Shown here: positions 38,305-47,677 of the stretch, one piece after another
Numbering within the stretch: position 1 is the stretch's first letter
How the letters are laid out: the number at the start of each line of letters is the position of its first letter
Source of the DNA: Thermoanaerobaculia bacterium
Lineage (GTDB): Bacteria > Acidobacteriota > Thermoanaerobaculia > Gp7-AA8
Assembly: GCA_036389275.1 (NCBI GenBank)
Contig: DASVQE010000106.1
Coordinates: 10,178 to 74,177, forward strand
DNA: 64,000 nucleotides
Reading direction: 5' to 3'
Program-made: the position numbers and the translations under genes
The notes under the pieces: generated by a model
What the model was told of the DNA's origin: nothing
Database searches by the model: none
What the model saw: only the letters and a program-made list of their open reading frames with translations

Positions 38305-38329
38305 CCGGCCGGTGCAAAAAACCGGCCGG
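38305..38329 (-). promoter_or_regulatory. perfect 8-bp GC hairpin with oligo-U loop just upstream of precursor gene
   Basis: CCGGCCGG-TTTTTTGCA-CCGGCCGG on minus strand, 7 nt after stop of preceding gene and 15 nt before precursor ATG. Confidence 0.3.
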
Positions 38330-38336
38330 AGCATCC

Positions 38337-38852
38337 TTACTCCGTCACCCGGAAGGTCGCCGGCTTGCTGCAGGCGATCGGCGCGTCGTCGACGTACGCC
38401 TGGGCGCTCCAGGTGCCGTAGATCGAGCTCGTCACGATCGGCGTGCCGGCGACCGGCAGCCGCACGAAGGCGCGGAGCTGCTTGCCGCTCGCGGTGGTCA
38501 CTTCCTCGAGCAGTTGCGTCTCGAGCGTCTGCGGATAGCCTTCGATCGCGACGTGCGAGCCTTTGCGCGACGCGTCGGCGGTGAACGGCACGGTCATCGA
38601 CTGATACAGATGGCCGCGCGGTGTGTAGATCCGCACTTCCACCTTGTGGTTGCCGGCGTACTGCTTGACGGTGCCGGGATGGAAGAGCACGGAGAGATCG
38701 ACGTCGATGACCTGCGTGGCCGAGAAGACGGCGTCGAATTTTCCTTTGTTCTTCTGCTCGGAGCCGAAGGCGACCCCGACGCAGCCGCCCGACTGCGCGA
38801 AGAGCGGTGCGGCGAGGGCGAACGTTGCGAGTGCGAGCGCTAGCTTCTTCAT
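38337..38852 (-). CDS. secreted hypothetical protein
   Basis: Signal peptide MKKLALALATFALAAPLFAQ; 171 aa, no motif. Confidence 0.5.
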   Translation of the reverse strand: MKKLALALATFALAAPLFAQSGGCVGVAFGSEQKNKGKFDAVFSATQVIDVDLSVLFHPGTVKQYAGNHKVEVRIYTPRGHLYQSMTVPFTADASRKGSHVAIEGYPQTLETQLLEEVTTASGKQLRAFVRLPVAGTPIVTSSIYGTWSAQAYVDDAPIACSKPATFRVTE

Positions 38853-38861
38853 GACGGCTCC

Positions 38862-41800
38862 TTACGGCAGCGGCGCGACGACGGCGTAAATCCGTCCCGC
38901 ATCGGTGCCGACGTAAACCTGATTGGTGGAGTAATCGAAGGACGGACTGCCGACGGCGGCGTCGCCCGTGCCGAGGGTGAGCGACTTGATGGTCGGCGCC
39001 GCGGCGGTGAGATTCGTGAGCTGATAGAGCTTGCCGTCGGCGGAGCCGGTGAAGAGGTGACCGCTGCCGGTCAGCAGCGGAATCGACGGGAACGCAATCG
39101 TGCCGACCACCCAATGCTGCGCGGCCGAAGAACCGTTGTTCGTGATCGCCCAGACCTTGTTGGTCGTGGCGACATAGAGATCGTTCGAGCCGTTCGCGAA
39201 ATCGGGATTGACGAAGCCTTTGATCGGACCGTCAGCGGTATCGAAGACCCAATTCTGCGCGCCGGTGGTGGCATTGAACGAATAGACCTTGCCGCTGTTG
39301 TTGCCGACCAGAATGCTGCCGTTGTAGAGCGTGATGCTGGCGTCGGAGTCGCCGGCGCTGATCGGGAAGCCGGTGCATTTCGCGGCGCTGTTGGCGGTGT
39401 AATCGAGGCACCAGATCGTGCCACTGCTGCCGCCGCTCTTGCTGCGGCTGGTGAAATAGAGCTTGTGCGTCGTGCCGCCGAATTCGACCCACGGATCGCC
39501 GCTGATGATGCCGATGCCATTGACGCCGCCGCCGTTATTGAACGACCAGGCCGCCGCACCGGTGGCGGCATTGAGCGCGTAGACCATATTGTCGGCGGTG
39601 GCGTTGCGCGTGGCGGCGAAAATCAGATTGTAGGTGCCGCCGTAGGAGGTGAATTCGCCGACGGGAGCCGCCTGAATCATGCTGCTCGCCGGCTGCGACG
39701 GGTGATTGGCCTTCCAGATCTGCGCGCCGGTATCGCCGTTGACGCAATAGACGAAGCCGTCCTGCGAGCCGAGGTAGAGCACCTTGCGGAGCGTGCCGCT
39801 GATGTCCACCGTCGGCACGGCCGGACGCCCTTGCGAGGCGCCGCCCATGAGGAACGGCAGCCACGTCGACGGCGAGGTCGGCCAGGTGCCGCTGGCCGCG
39901 TTCATCGAATGCAGGAAGCGGTCATTGGCTACTGAATAGACCGACCCGACGCCGGGAGGCGTCATCGACGCGGCGGTGGTGTTGTAGATCCACTTCACCT
40001 GCCCATTCACCGTGTCCTGCGGCCGCGCGGCAATCATGCGGCCATTGGAGACGGCCGTGCCGGCGCCGGTGTCGGTGTAGGCGGAGTAGTAGTAGGTCGT
40101 GCCGTTCTGCAGGCCGGTGACCGTGGTCGAGCTTTTGCCGCCCGGCGTGATGGCGAACGGCGAGCCGGCGACGGCGGTGCCGTCATTGATGCCGTTGGGG
40201 AACTGATCGGTGCGATAGCGGACGTGCAGACGCGAGCCGCTCGCGCCGGCCACCCACTCGATGGTGTTCTGATTGTTGCCCGAGGTCACGGTCATGATTT
40301 GCGAGGTGGCCGCCGGCGCATTACAGGTATTCGACGTGCTCGTGAGCACCTGCAGGTCGTCGATGAACCAGCCGAGATCGTTCGTGGCCGTGCAATTGGA
40401 GAGGCCGGTGAAATAGAACTTCACGCTCTTGCCGGCGCACGTGCCGCCGCACACCTGATCGAGATCGACCAGCGTGTTCTTCATCGTGTTCTGCTGGCCG
40501 CCCCAGATGCCGAGGTTCGCGTAGGGAAGTGCGGTGCCGCAGCCGTCGCCGTTGTCGGCCAGGCGAGTGCCCGTATAGCCGCCGTTGAGGAACGCGGCCG
40601 TCGGGATTTCGATCGCCGCGGCGCCGTTGACGGAGACGCGCAGATGCAGGCCGTCGCGCACGGTGCCGGCCATGTTCCAGCGGTGCCACATCGAGAAGCG
40701 GGCCCGCGTGGTGCCGGCCGGAATGTTGATGGTCGGCGAGGTGAGGTCGTCGTTCGCGCTGGCGCTGTACTGGCCGCCGCAGGTATTGGCGCCCCAGTGC
40801 AGGACGTTGCTGCCGCTGTAGGCAGGCGCGCAGTTCATCGCGCCGCGCCACTGTCCGGCGGCAGTCCAGCCGCTCGGCAGCGAGCCGGCGGTCGTCGTGT
40901 CGAAATTCTCGTAATAGACCGAGGAGAAATTGCCCGGCGACGCGCTCTGCACGACGGTGTTCTTATCTTCATTACCGCCGTTGCAGAGACCGCCGTTGCC
41001 GGTGGTGGAGTCTTCCGCGCGCACCTTGTAGTAGTAGGTCGTGCCGCCGGTGAGGGTGCTGTTGTCGTCGAAGGTGAGCGTCGAAAGGCACTTGGCGATG
41101 TTGTTCGCCGCGGCCGGTGTGAACGTCGAGGTCGTGCCGCGATAGACGTTGTAGACCACCGCCGGCTGGTCGGGGCAGTTGCTGAGACCTTCGCTCCACT
41201 CGAGGTGAATGCTGCAGCTATTGTTGGCGATGACGCCGCCCGGCAGGATCGAGTATTCGGAGGCGCTCTCGATGCCGGCGAACGACGGCACCTGCGCGCA
41301 ACTGCCGGTCGTGCCGGAGACACAGGTCGAACGGATCGACTCGCAATTGCCGGTGGCGGAGTCGATGGCGCTGACCGAATACCAGTAGCTCGTGCCGGAG
41401 ACGGCGCTCGAGTCGGTATAGGAGAGATTGTTCGCCGCGCAGCCGGCGGTGCCGGGGCAGGTGGCGATTTTCACCGGCGTGCCCTGCGGGCAGGCGGCGG
41501 TATTGCGATAGACGCTGTAGCTGCCGGCGCCGGTCGATGCGGCCCAGCCCACCGTGTAGGAGGTATTGGAATTCTTCGTGGCCGTGACGCCGGTCGGCGT
41601 GGCCGGGGCGGTACACGTCAGACAGTCGGGGAAGCGGAATGCCGCGAAGGCGGTGCTCCAATTGAAATTGCCGTCGCTGGCGATGTGCTCGTTGGTATGC
41701 CAGAACGTGCAGTCGTCCATCGGATCGATCGACGTCTGCGAATAATCGCCCCAGCGTGCATTGCCGGCGCTGCCGTCGGGATTGGTGGCCGGCTTGATGC

Positions 41801-43469
41801 CGCCGCCCGGCTGCACGATGGTCTCACCCTTGAGCAGCGGCGCGGTGGTGTTGTCGCCCACCTGCCGTCCATTGACGGCCATGCCCGGTTTCACAGTGCC
41901 GGCGATGCTGTAGCCGATGCCGATGTTCTGGCGCTTGTCCATGGCGATGGAGCCGAGCCAGCGCGCTTTATTGTCGGGCGCGTAGGTTTCCTGCAGCACG
42001 ATGCGCGGCAGGAGGTTCGTGCCGGTGCCGAGGGTCGCTTTCGGAGTGGTATTGGACGGATTGTCGAACAGATACCAGCGGATGCCGGCCGCGGAGCCGC
42101 TGTTGGTCGTGGTTGTGTCGGTGACGGTGTGATTGACCACCAGTCGATCATTGGGCGCGGCCGGCGTGCCGTAATTGCGATAGGCGAGGCGATACATCAG
42201 ATTGTTCGCCAGCGTATCGAGCCTCTGGGTCGTGCCGGGCTGCGGCACGTTCGCGGGCACGGAGTATTGCGTCACGGTGACGTCCTGCGCCGCGCTCACA
42301 GTGAGCGTCGGCGAGGCCGGCCAGGAGCCGTCCGCGTTCGAATTGATCTTGAGCCAGTAGAAGCGGAGGAACCAGCCGCTGTAGCAACAGCCGGAGACGC
42401 TCCGATAGTACGCGGCCGCCGCGCCGGGCATGGCTTGCGGAGGCGCGGTGAAGCCGTCGAGGCTCATCGGGGTGAAGCCGTCGACGGGCGTGGTGGCGTT
42501 CTTGCCGTTGCCGCCGCAGGGCGCCACAGTGGTGGCTTCCTCGCAGAGATAGCCGCTGTCGAGCTGCGTGGCGTCGGGCGCGCCGATGAGGAGCTTGGCG
42601 CGGTCGAAGATCAGCACCTTCGCGCCTTGGAATGCGCCCGCGGTGGTGAAGGCGCGGATGGTCATGTAATAGCCGTCCGGCCAGAGACCGATTTTCTCGT
42701 AATCGCCCATCATCCCGCCGGGAATGGCGTAATCCCAGCGGTAGTAGGTTCCGAGCGGATCGCCGGAGGTGGAGACGGCCAGACATTGATAATCGCTGGT
42801 GGCGCCGGTCGGGCGGCTGACGTCGAACTGGCTCAGGACCCAGCGGTCGGCGAGCTGGTCGTAATAGACGATCGGATCGCCGTCATTATTTTTCGCGCAA
42901 CGGTTGCCGTCAGTAGTCGGAAATCCGTCGAAGAGCGTATTGATGTCGACCGGTCCGTACAGCACGTTTCCCGTCTTGTCGAACACGGTCATCGACGAAT
43001 TCACGAGCTGCACGAAGTGGTTTTTCCCGACCGCACCTTCGGTGTCGGGCGGCTCGCCGGTGATCACATAGCCGCCGCCGGGGAAGGTCGCTCCCTGTCC
43101 CTGATACGTGGTGTTGTTGAGCCAGGTCGGGCCGGAGTCGGTGGTGATGCCGCCGAATCTCCGCGGGCCGCTCTGCGGCGCCTTGATCTCGCGCTCCGAG
43201 GAATCGGTCGTCGGCTGCTGCGGCGTCTGCGTCGCGCGCTCGGTCGCATGGACGCTCGCCAGCGGACCGTAGATGCGCTGGATGGTGACGTGCCCGCTGC
43301 TCTTCATCTCACGCAGCGGCTTCGAGACGTCGTGAACGCCGGGATAGTGCCGCAGTTGCGACACGAACTCCGGCGGCCCGGGCGTCTGCGAGTTGCCTTG
43401 CGCCCACAGCGGCAGCGCGGCCATCGCCGCAACCGCCACTACGCACCACTGCTTTGCACGTCGTTTCAT
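38862..43469 (-). CDS. very large secreted repeat protein (Fn3/Ig-like modules + C-terminal PQQ-type beta-propeller repeats)
   Basis: Signal peptide MKRRAKQWCVVAVAAMAALPLWAQG; Thr/Ser/Gly-rich repetitive modules; C-terminal repeated (A/N)ATGAxxWxF motifs typical of PQQ/BamB-like propellers; start at internal ATG 43467-43469. Confidence 0.7.
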   Translation of the reverse strand: MKRRAKQWCVVAVAAMAALPLWAQGNSQTPGPPEFVSQLRHYPGVHDVSKPLREMKSSGHVTIQRIYGPLASVHATERATQTPQQPTTDSSEREIKAPQSGPRRFGGITTDSGPTWLNNTTYQGQGATFPGGGYVITGEPPDTEGAVGKNHFVQLVNSSMTVFDKTGNVLYGPVDINTLFDGFPTTDGNRCAKNNDGDPIVYYDQLADRWVLSQFDVSRPTGATSDYQCLAVSTSGDPLGTYYRWDYAIPGGMMGDYEKIGLWPDGYYMTIRAFTTAGAFQGAKVLIFDRAKLLIGAPDATQLDSGYLCEEATTVAPCGGNGKNATTPVDGFTPMSLDGFTAPPQAMPGAAAAYYRSVSGCCYSGWFLRFYWLKINSNADGSWPASPTLTVSAAQDVTVTQYSVPANVPQPGTTQRLDTLANNLMYRLAYRNYGTPAAPNDRLVVNHTVTDTTTTNSGSAAGIRWYLFDNPSNTTPKATLGTGTNLLPRIVLQETYAPDNKARWLGSIAMDKRQNIGIGYSIAGTVKPGMAVNGRQVGDNTTAPLLKGETIVQPGGGIKPATNPDGSAGNARWGDYSQTSIDPMDDCTFWHTNEHIASDGNFNWSTAFAAFRFPDCLTCTAPATPTGVTATKNSNTSYTVGWAASTGAGSYSVYRNTAACPQGTPVKIATCPGTAGCAANNLSYTDSSAVSGTSYWYSVSAIDSATGNCESIRSTCVSGTTGSCAQVPSFAGIESASEYSILPGGVIANNSCSIHLEWSEGLSNCPDQPAVVYNVYRGTTSTFTPAAANNIAKCLSTLTFDDNSTLTGGTTYYYKVRAEDSTTGNGGLCNGGNEDKNTVVQSASPGNFSSVYYENFDTTTAGSLPSGWTAAGQWRGAMNCAPAYSGSNVLHWGANTCGGQYSASANDDLTSPTINIPAGTTRARFSMWHRWNMAGTVRDGLHLRVSVNGAAAIEIPTAAFLNGGYTGTRLADNGDGCGTALPYANLGIWGGQQNTMKNTLVDLDQVCGGTCAGKSVKFYFTGLSNCTATNDLGWFIDDLQVLTSTSNTCNAPAATSQIMTVTSGNNQNTIEWVAGASGSRLHVRYRTDQFPNGINDGTAVAGSPFAITPGGKSSTTVTGLQNGTTYYYSAYTDTGAGTAVSNGRMIAARPQDTVNGQVKWIYNTTAASMTPPGVGSVYSVANDRFLHSMNAASGTWPTSPSTWLPFLMGGASQGRPAVPTVDISGTLRKVLYLGSQDGFVYCVNGDTGAQIWKANHPSQPASSMIQAAPVGEFTSYGGTYNLIFAATRNATADNMVYALNAATGAAAWSFNNGGGVNGIGIISGDPWVEFGGTTHKLYFTSRSKSGGSSGTIWCLDYTANSAAKCTGFPISAGDSDASITLYNGSILVGNNSGKVYSFNATTGAQNWVFDTADGPIKGFVNPDFANGSNDLYVATTNKVWAITNNGSSAAQHWVVGTIAFPSIPLLTGSGHLFTGSADGKLYQLTNLTAAAPTIKSLTLGTGDAAVGSPSFDYSTNQVYVGTDAGRIYAVVAPLP

Positions 43470-43489
43470 CTCTCTCTCCGGTGTCGGGA

Positions 43490-43942
43490 TCAATCGTTCT
43501 CGCGGAAGCCTTCCGGGGCAAAGGACTGCATGGTCACGCGCCACTCACCGCGCTCGCGTTTCCAGACGGCGAAGTAGCCGCCGTCTTCTTCGCGGAAATC
43601 GCCCGGTCCGGCCAGCACACGCAGTTTCCAGCGGCCCATCTGCACATACAGGTCGCCGGACTCCTCGGATTTTTCGGTGGTCAGCTCGAAGGTGCCGCGC
43701 TCGAGCATGGCGCGCCATTTGTCGCGCGCCTCTTCGCGGCTGCGGGTGATGCCCTGGCCGGCGAAGGCGATGATCGGCTCGGCGGCGTAGAAGCGGCGCA
43801 CGAGCGTCTCGACGTCGCCTTTGTTGGCGGTCGCGACCAGCGCTTCGCTTTTCTCGTCGAGCTCGCGGCACGGAGTCGTGGCGCAAGCCGCTCCGGCAAG
43901 CGTCGTCACGACGGCGAAGACCGCTACGAACCTCGAGGGCAT
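43490..43942 (-). CDS. SnoaL/NTF2-like (DUF4440-type) lipoprotein
   Basis: Signal/lipobox-like N-terminus (LAGAAC); NTF2-fold-like pattern (RRFYAAEPIIAFAG...YFAVWKRERGEWRV). Confidence 0.5.
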   Translation of the reverse strand: MPSRFVAVFAVVTTLAGAACATTPCRELDEKSEALVATANKGDVETLVRRFYAAEPIIAFAGQGITRSREEARDKWRAMLERGTFELTTEKSEESGDLYVQMGRWKLRVLAGPGDFREEDGGYFAVWKRERGEWRVTMQSFAPEGFREND

Positions 43943-44014
43943 CTAGCTCTCCAAATGGCAGCCGAACCATCCACGTGCACGATGCACGGGGACTTCATGC
44001 TTTGCGTCCCTGCC

Positions 44015-45040
44015 TCACGACAGGTTTGCTCTTTTCATCGGGGCGAACTGCGCTCGATGATGGACCTTGGCTGCGGATTGTACTGAATAACCAACCGGCG
44101 CGCGGAAAAGTCCCATCGCCCGGCGGCAATAGAGAAAGGGCAATAGCAGACGCGACGTTGCGCCGTATTTGTGCAGCACGTGCTCGGCCGGCGGCAAGGC
44201 GTGCTCGCGCACGAAACGGACGCGGTCGGCGACTCCGGAGAGCTCGCGAAAATCGGCCGCGAACTGGCGCATGGCCGAGGGACGTCCGGTGGCGCGCGTC
44301 TCCATGGCGGTGGCGGCGGCGAGGCCGCGGGCCAGCTCGCGCAGTACGCGTTTCTCGCGCGCGGTGCGCATCACTTCGGGCCAGTCGACGATGCCGGCCA
44401 AGAGGTGAATGTCGTGCAGCCAGATCAGCCGCTCTTCGCCGCAGTGATGCCCGGCCAGATGCACGGCCGCGAGCAGCAGCGCGTCGACGGCGCTCGGCAC
44501 GCGCACGCGCTGCGAATCGCGGAAGCGCTCGCCGCGCGCGCGCAGCGCGTCGAAGTCGAAGGCGCGGGCGAAGCGCGGGCGATTGGAAATCTCGAGATGC
44601 AGATCGACGCTGTGGCGCAGGCCGAGGGCGTCGACGCGCGTGAAGATCCGCTGGGCGTTGACGATCGTGCCGCTGTTGCCGCTCTCGGCCGTGTAGCCGA
44701 GGGCGGTCAGGATCTGTGCGGCCGCGCGGCCGTCGCCGCGACGCACGACCAGATCGGTGTCGCAGCGCGGGCGCAGCGACGGATGGTCGTAGAGCGTGTA
44801 GGCGAGGGCGGTTCCTTTGATGATGAGCGCGTCGACGGCGGCGCGATCGAACGCAGCGAGGAGCGCGTCGAGCTCGCGCTCGCGCAGCACCTCGACCGTG
44901 ACGAGCTGCCGCGACTCGGCGGCGAGCGCTTCCGGCACCGCCGCGCCGCGGCGGCGCAGCTCGCGCGCGACGAGCGGTCCGACGCCTTCGCGCGTGGCCA
45001 CGGCGGGATCGAGCGCGGCGTAAAAGTCGCCCGGATTCAT
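44015..45040 (-). CDS. uncharacterised nucleotidyltransferase-family protein (PF14907-like), RiPP-associated type
   Basis: RCDTDLVV (Asp pair after Gly/Ser stretch) and overall size/pattern similar to nucleotidyltransferases seen beside lasso-peptide-type machinery; ATGA-coupled to B2-like gene upstream. Confidence 0.5.
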   Translation of the reverse strand: MNPGDFYAALDPAVATREGVGPLVARELRRRGAAVPEALAAESRQLVTVEVLRERELDALLAAFDRAAVDALIIKGTALAYTLYDHPSLRPRCDTDLVVRRGDGRAAAQILTALGYTAESGNSGTIVNAQRIFTRVDALGLRHSVDLHLEISNRPRFARAFDFDALRARGERFRDSQRVRVPSAVDALLLAAVHLAGHHCGEERLIWLHDIHLLAGIVDWPEVMRTAREKRVLRELARGLAAATAMETRATGRPSAMRQFAADFRELSGVADRVRFVREHALPPAEHVLHKYGATSRLLLPFLYCRRAMGLFRAPVGYSVQSAAKVHHRAQFAPMKRANLS

Positions 45041-45483
45041 CGGCGGTACGCCAGCGCCAGGCCCTGCTCGGCGATGTGGATGGGTTGATAGCGGGAGACG
45101 AGCTCGGCGGAGTCGTTGACGACGGCGCCGTTCACTTCGAGCCAGGCGTGGCCCGGCAGCAGCGACGGCTTCGCGCCGAGGCCGATGCGCAGTCGGGCGC
45201 GCACACCGCGCCGCGCCAGCACCCGCTGCAGGGCGAGGCTGCGATGCATGCAGTTGTGCGCGAACGGCGCGCGCGCGGCGGCTCTCGCGAATGCCGCGAC
45301 CACGCGCGGATCGGCCGGCGCGGCGCTGGCTTCACCGTCGAGCGCGCCGCGCAGCGCGCGTTGCGGCGCGAGGCGAAGCGCGATGCGCGCGCAGGCGAGC
45401 GCCAGCAGGCACTCGGCCGCGAGGCCGGTCGTTCTGGGAATGGACACGATTGTGCGGAAGAACTTTCCTCCGCCTCTGTTCAT
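45037..45483 (-). CDS. transglutaminase-like Cys protease of lasso-peptide B2 type (PF13471-like)
   Basis: CMHRSLALQRVLARRGVRARLRIGLG...LLPGHAWLEVNGAVVND: Cys...His-Ala-Trp...Asp arrangement characteristic of lasso B2 leader peptidases; start taken at internal ATG to avoid overlap with divergent gspE start. Confidence 0.55.
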   Translation of the reverse strand: MNRGGGKFFRTIVSIPRTTGLAAECLLALACARIALRLAPQRALRGALDGEASAAPADPRVVAAFARAAARAPFAHNCMHRSLALQRVLARRGVRARLRIGLGAKPSLLPGHAWLEVNGAVVNDSAELVSRYQPIHIAEQGLALAYRR

Positions 45484-45509
45484 TTCCTGCGAGTACCATT
45501 CTTTCGGCC

Positions 45510-47315
45510 ATGACCACCGCTCCGACATCACCGCTGCAGAAGGCGCACGACCTCACCGTCGCCTACCTCGGCGAGCTGTTGTTCAACGCCGGCTTCATCG
45601 ACGAGCGGCAGCGCGCCGACGTCGAGGCCGCCGACCGGCAGTTCCGGCTCGCGCAGCGCGGCTCGCGCGGCCGCGGCGAAGAAGACGCGAGCCCGTTCCG
45701 CGTGATCGCCTCGATGAACCTCGTCGACGCCAGCGGCAACGCCACGCGCATCGACGACTTCCTGCTGGCGCGCCTGATCGCCGAGGACGCGCGCCTGCCG
45801 TTCCACAAAATTGACGCGCTCAAGCTCGACGTGCAGCTCGTCGAATCGAAGATCTCGCGTCCGTTCGCGCGCAAGCACAAGATGGTTCCGGTGGCCGTGC
45901 GCGACGGCAAGCTCGTCGTGGCCATGGTCAATCCGTTCGACCGCGTCGCGCTCGACTCCTACCGCCCGATGGCGAAGCAGGAGCTCGAGGTCGTCGTCGC
46001 CGCGGAGTCGGACGTGATGGGTGTGATCAACGAGCAGTACGGATTCCGCGCCTCGGTCACGAAGGCGGAGCGCGACCTGACGCGCGGCGCGATCGATCTC
46101 TCCAACCTCGAGCAGTACGTCAAGCTCAAGTCGGGCGCGGAGATCGAGACCAGCGACGCGCACATCGTCAACGCCGTCGATTTTCTTCTGCAGCACGCCT
46201 ACGACTCGCGCGCCTCCGACATCCACATCGAGCCGAAGCGCGAGCACGCCAACATCCGCTTCCGCATCGACGGCGTGCTGCACGAGATCCAGCGCGTGCC
46301 GAAGCTGGTGAATCTCGCCATCACCTCGCGCCTCAAGACGATGTGCCGGATGGACATCGCCGAGAAGCGCCGGCCGCAGGACGGCCGCATCAAGACCGAG
46401 CGCGAAGGAAAAGAGATCGAGCTGCGCGTCTCGACGCTGCCGACCGCGTTCGGCGAGAAAGTGGTGATGCGCATCTTCGATCCCGAGGTGATGATTCGCG
46501 ACCTCGGCGGCCTCGGGTTTTATGAGGACGAGCTGCGAGTCTTCGCCGACTGGATCAAGCGTCCGCACGGCATCATCCTCGTCACCGGACCGACCGGCTC
46601 CGGCAAGACCGTCACGCTCTACTCCGCGCTCAAGTCGCTGGCCTCGCCCGAGATCAACATCACCACCATCGAAGATCCGATCGAGATGGTGCACGACGAC
46701 TTCAACCAGACCTCGGTGCAGAACAAGATCGGGATCACCTTCGCGTCGGCGCTGCGCACCATCCTGCGGCAGGACCCCGACATCATCATGGTCGGCGAGA
46801 TCCGCGATCAGGAGACTGCACAGAATGCAGTGCAGGCCGCGCTGACCGGACATCTGGTCTTCTCGACGCTGCACACCAACGACGCCTCGACCTCGATCAC
46901 GCGCCTGGTCGATCTCGGCATCCAGCCCTTCCTGATCTCCTCGACGCTGATCGGCGCGATGGCGCAGCGGCTGGTGCGGAAGATCTGCGCCGACTGCCGC
47001 ACCAATCGTCCGCTGACGGTGGAAGAGGCGGCCATGCTCAACCTGCAGGCGCCGGCCGGCAAGCGGATCATCGTGAAGGAAGGCGCCGGCTGCATCCGCT
47101 GCCGCAACACCGGCTACTTCGGCCGCACCGGCATCTTCGAGATCCTGCCGGTCGACAACGCCATCCGCGATCTGGTCGACCGCGGCGAGGACTTTCTGAA
47201 GATCAAGGAGATGGCCATCAAGCGCGGCATGCGCACGCTGCGTCAGAGCGCGCTGCGGAAGCTCGCCGAAGGGCTGACCAGCTTCGAGGAAGTGGTGCGG
47301 GTGACCGGGATTTAA
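45510..47315 (+). CDS. type II secretion / type IV pilus assembly ATPase (GspE/PilB family)
   Basis: Walker A VTGPTGSGKTVTLYS, Asp box, Walker B IIMVGEIRD, His box, tetracysteine CADC...CIRC; N-terminal GspII_E_N-like region. Confidence 0.85.
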   Translation: MTTAPTSPLQKAHDLTVAYLGELLFNAGFIDERQRADVEAADRQFRLAQRGSRGRGEEDASPFRVIASMNLVDASGNATRIDDFLLARLIAEDARLPFHKIDALKLDVQLVESKISRPFARKHKMVPVAVRDGKLVVAMVNPFDRVALDSYRPMAKQELEVVVAAESDVMGVINEQYGFRASVTKAERDLTRGAIDLSNLEQYVKLKSGAEIETSDAHIVNAVDFLLQHAYDSRASDIHIEPKREHANIRFRIDGVLHEIQRVPKLVNLAITSRLKTMCRMDIAEKRRPQDGRIKTEREGKEIELRVSTLPTAFGEKVVMRIFDPEVMIRDLGGLGFYEDELRVFADWIKRPHGIILVTGPTGSGKTVTLYSALKSLASPEINITTIEDPIEMVHDDFNQTSVQNKIGITFASALRTILRQDPDIIMVGEIRDQETAQNAVQAALTGHLVFSTLHTNDASTSITRLVDLGIQPFLISSTLIGAMAQRLVRKICADCRTNRPLTVEEAAMLNLQAPAGKRIIVKEGAGCIRCRNTGYFGRTGIFEILPVDNAIRDLVDRGEDFLKIKEMAIKRGMRTLRQSALRKLAEGLTSFEEVVRVTGI

Positions 47316-47677
47316 ACGCGCCGCTGCTCGCGGACGACCTCACCGATGCCGCGGCGTGGCTCGGCACGCTGCCGACGCCGATCGCCTTCGACTACACCAA
47401 CGCCTGCAGCCCGCTGGTCGTGTCGAGCAGCCAAAAGTACGGATGCCGCCTGGCCGACTTCCCGCAGGCGGGCCTGCTGATCTGCAAGGATCGCTCGTGC
47501 AATCCGACCATCACCAGCGAGCTGACCGCGCTGCAGGCGCCGTGCTGAAGCTGCCGGAGCCGCAGCAACAGCTGACGAGCTTTCCGAAGCGGCCGTCGCT
47601 GGCGGACAAGGGAGCGCTCAAGCGTGTCTCCACCGCGATCTGCAAGAAGGAATGGGGGCGCTGCGAATGAGCGATCG

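Noticed and set aside
40224-43577. 1117-aa plus-strand ORF antisense to the giant secreted protein
   Set aside because: Gly/Arg/Ala low-complexity; the minus-strand protein has signal peptide and repeat-domain structure; antisense artefact of very high GC.
47317-47549. Startless 77-codon open frame with coding-like GC3 and five Cys (..FDYTNACSPLVVSSSQKYGCRLADFPQAGLLICKDRSCNPTIT..) between gspE and the kinase gene
   Set aside because: No ATG, only an internal GTG giving 43 aa; could be a gene remnant or Cys-rich peptide, but evidence insufficient.
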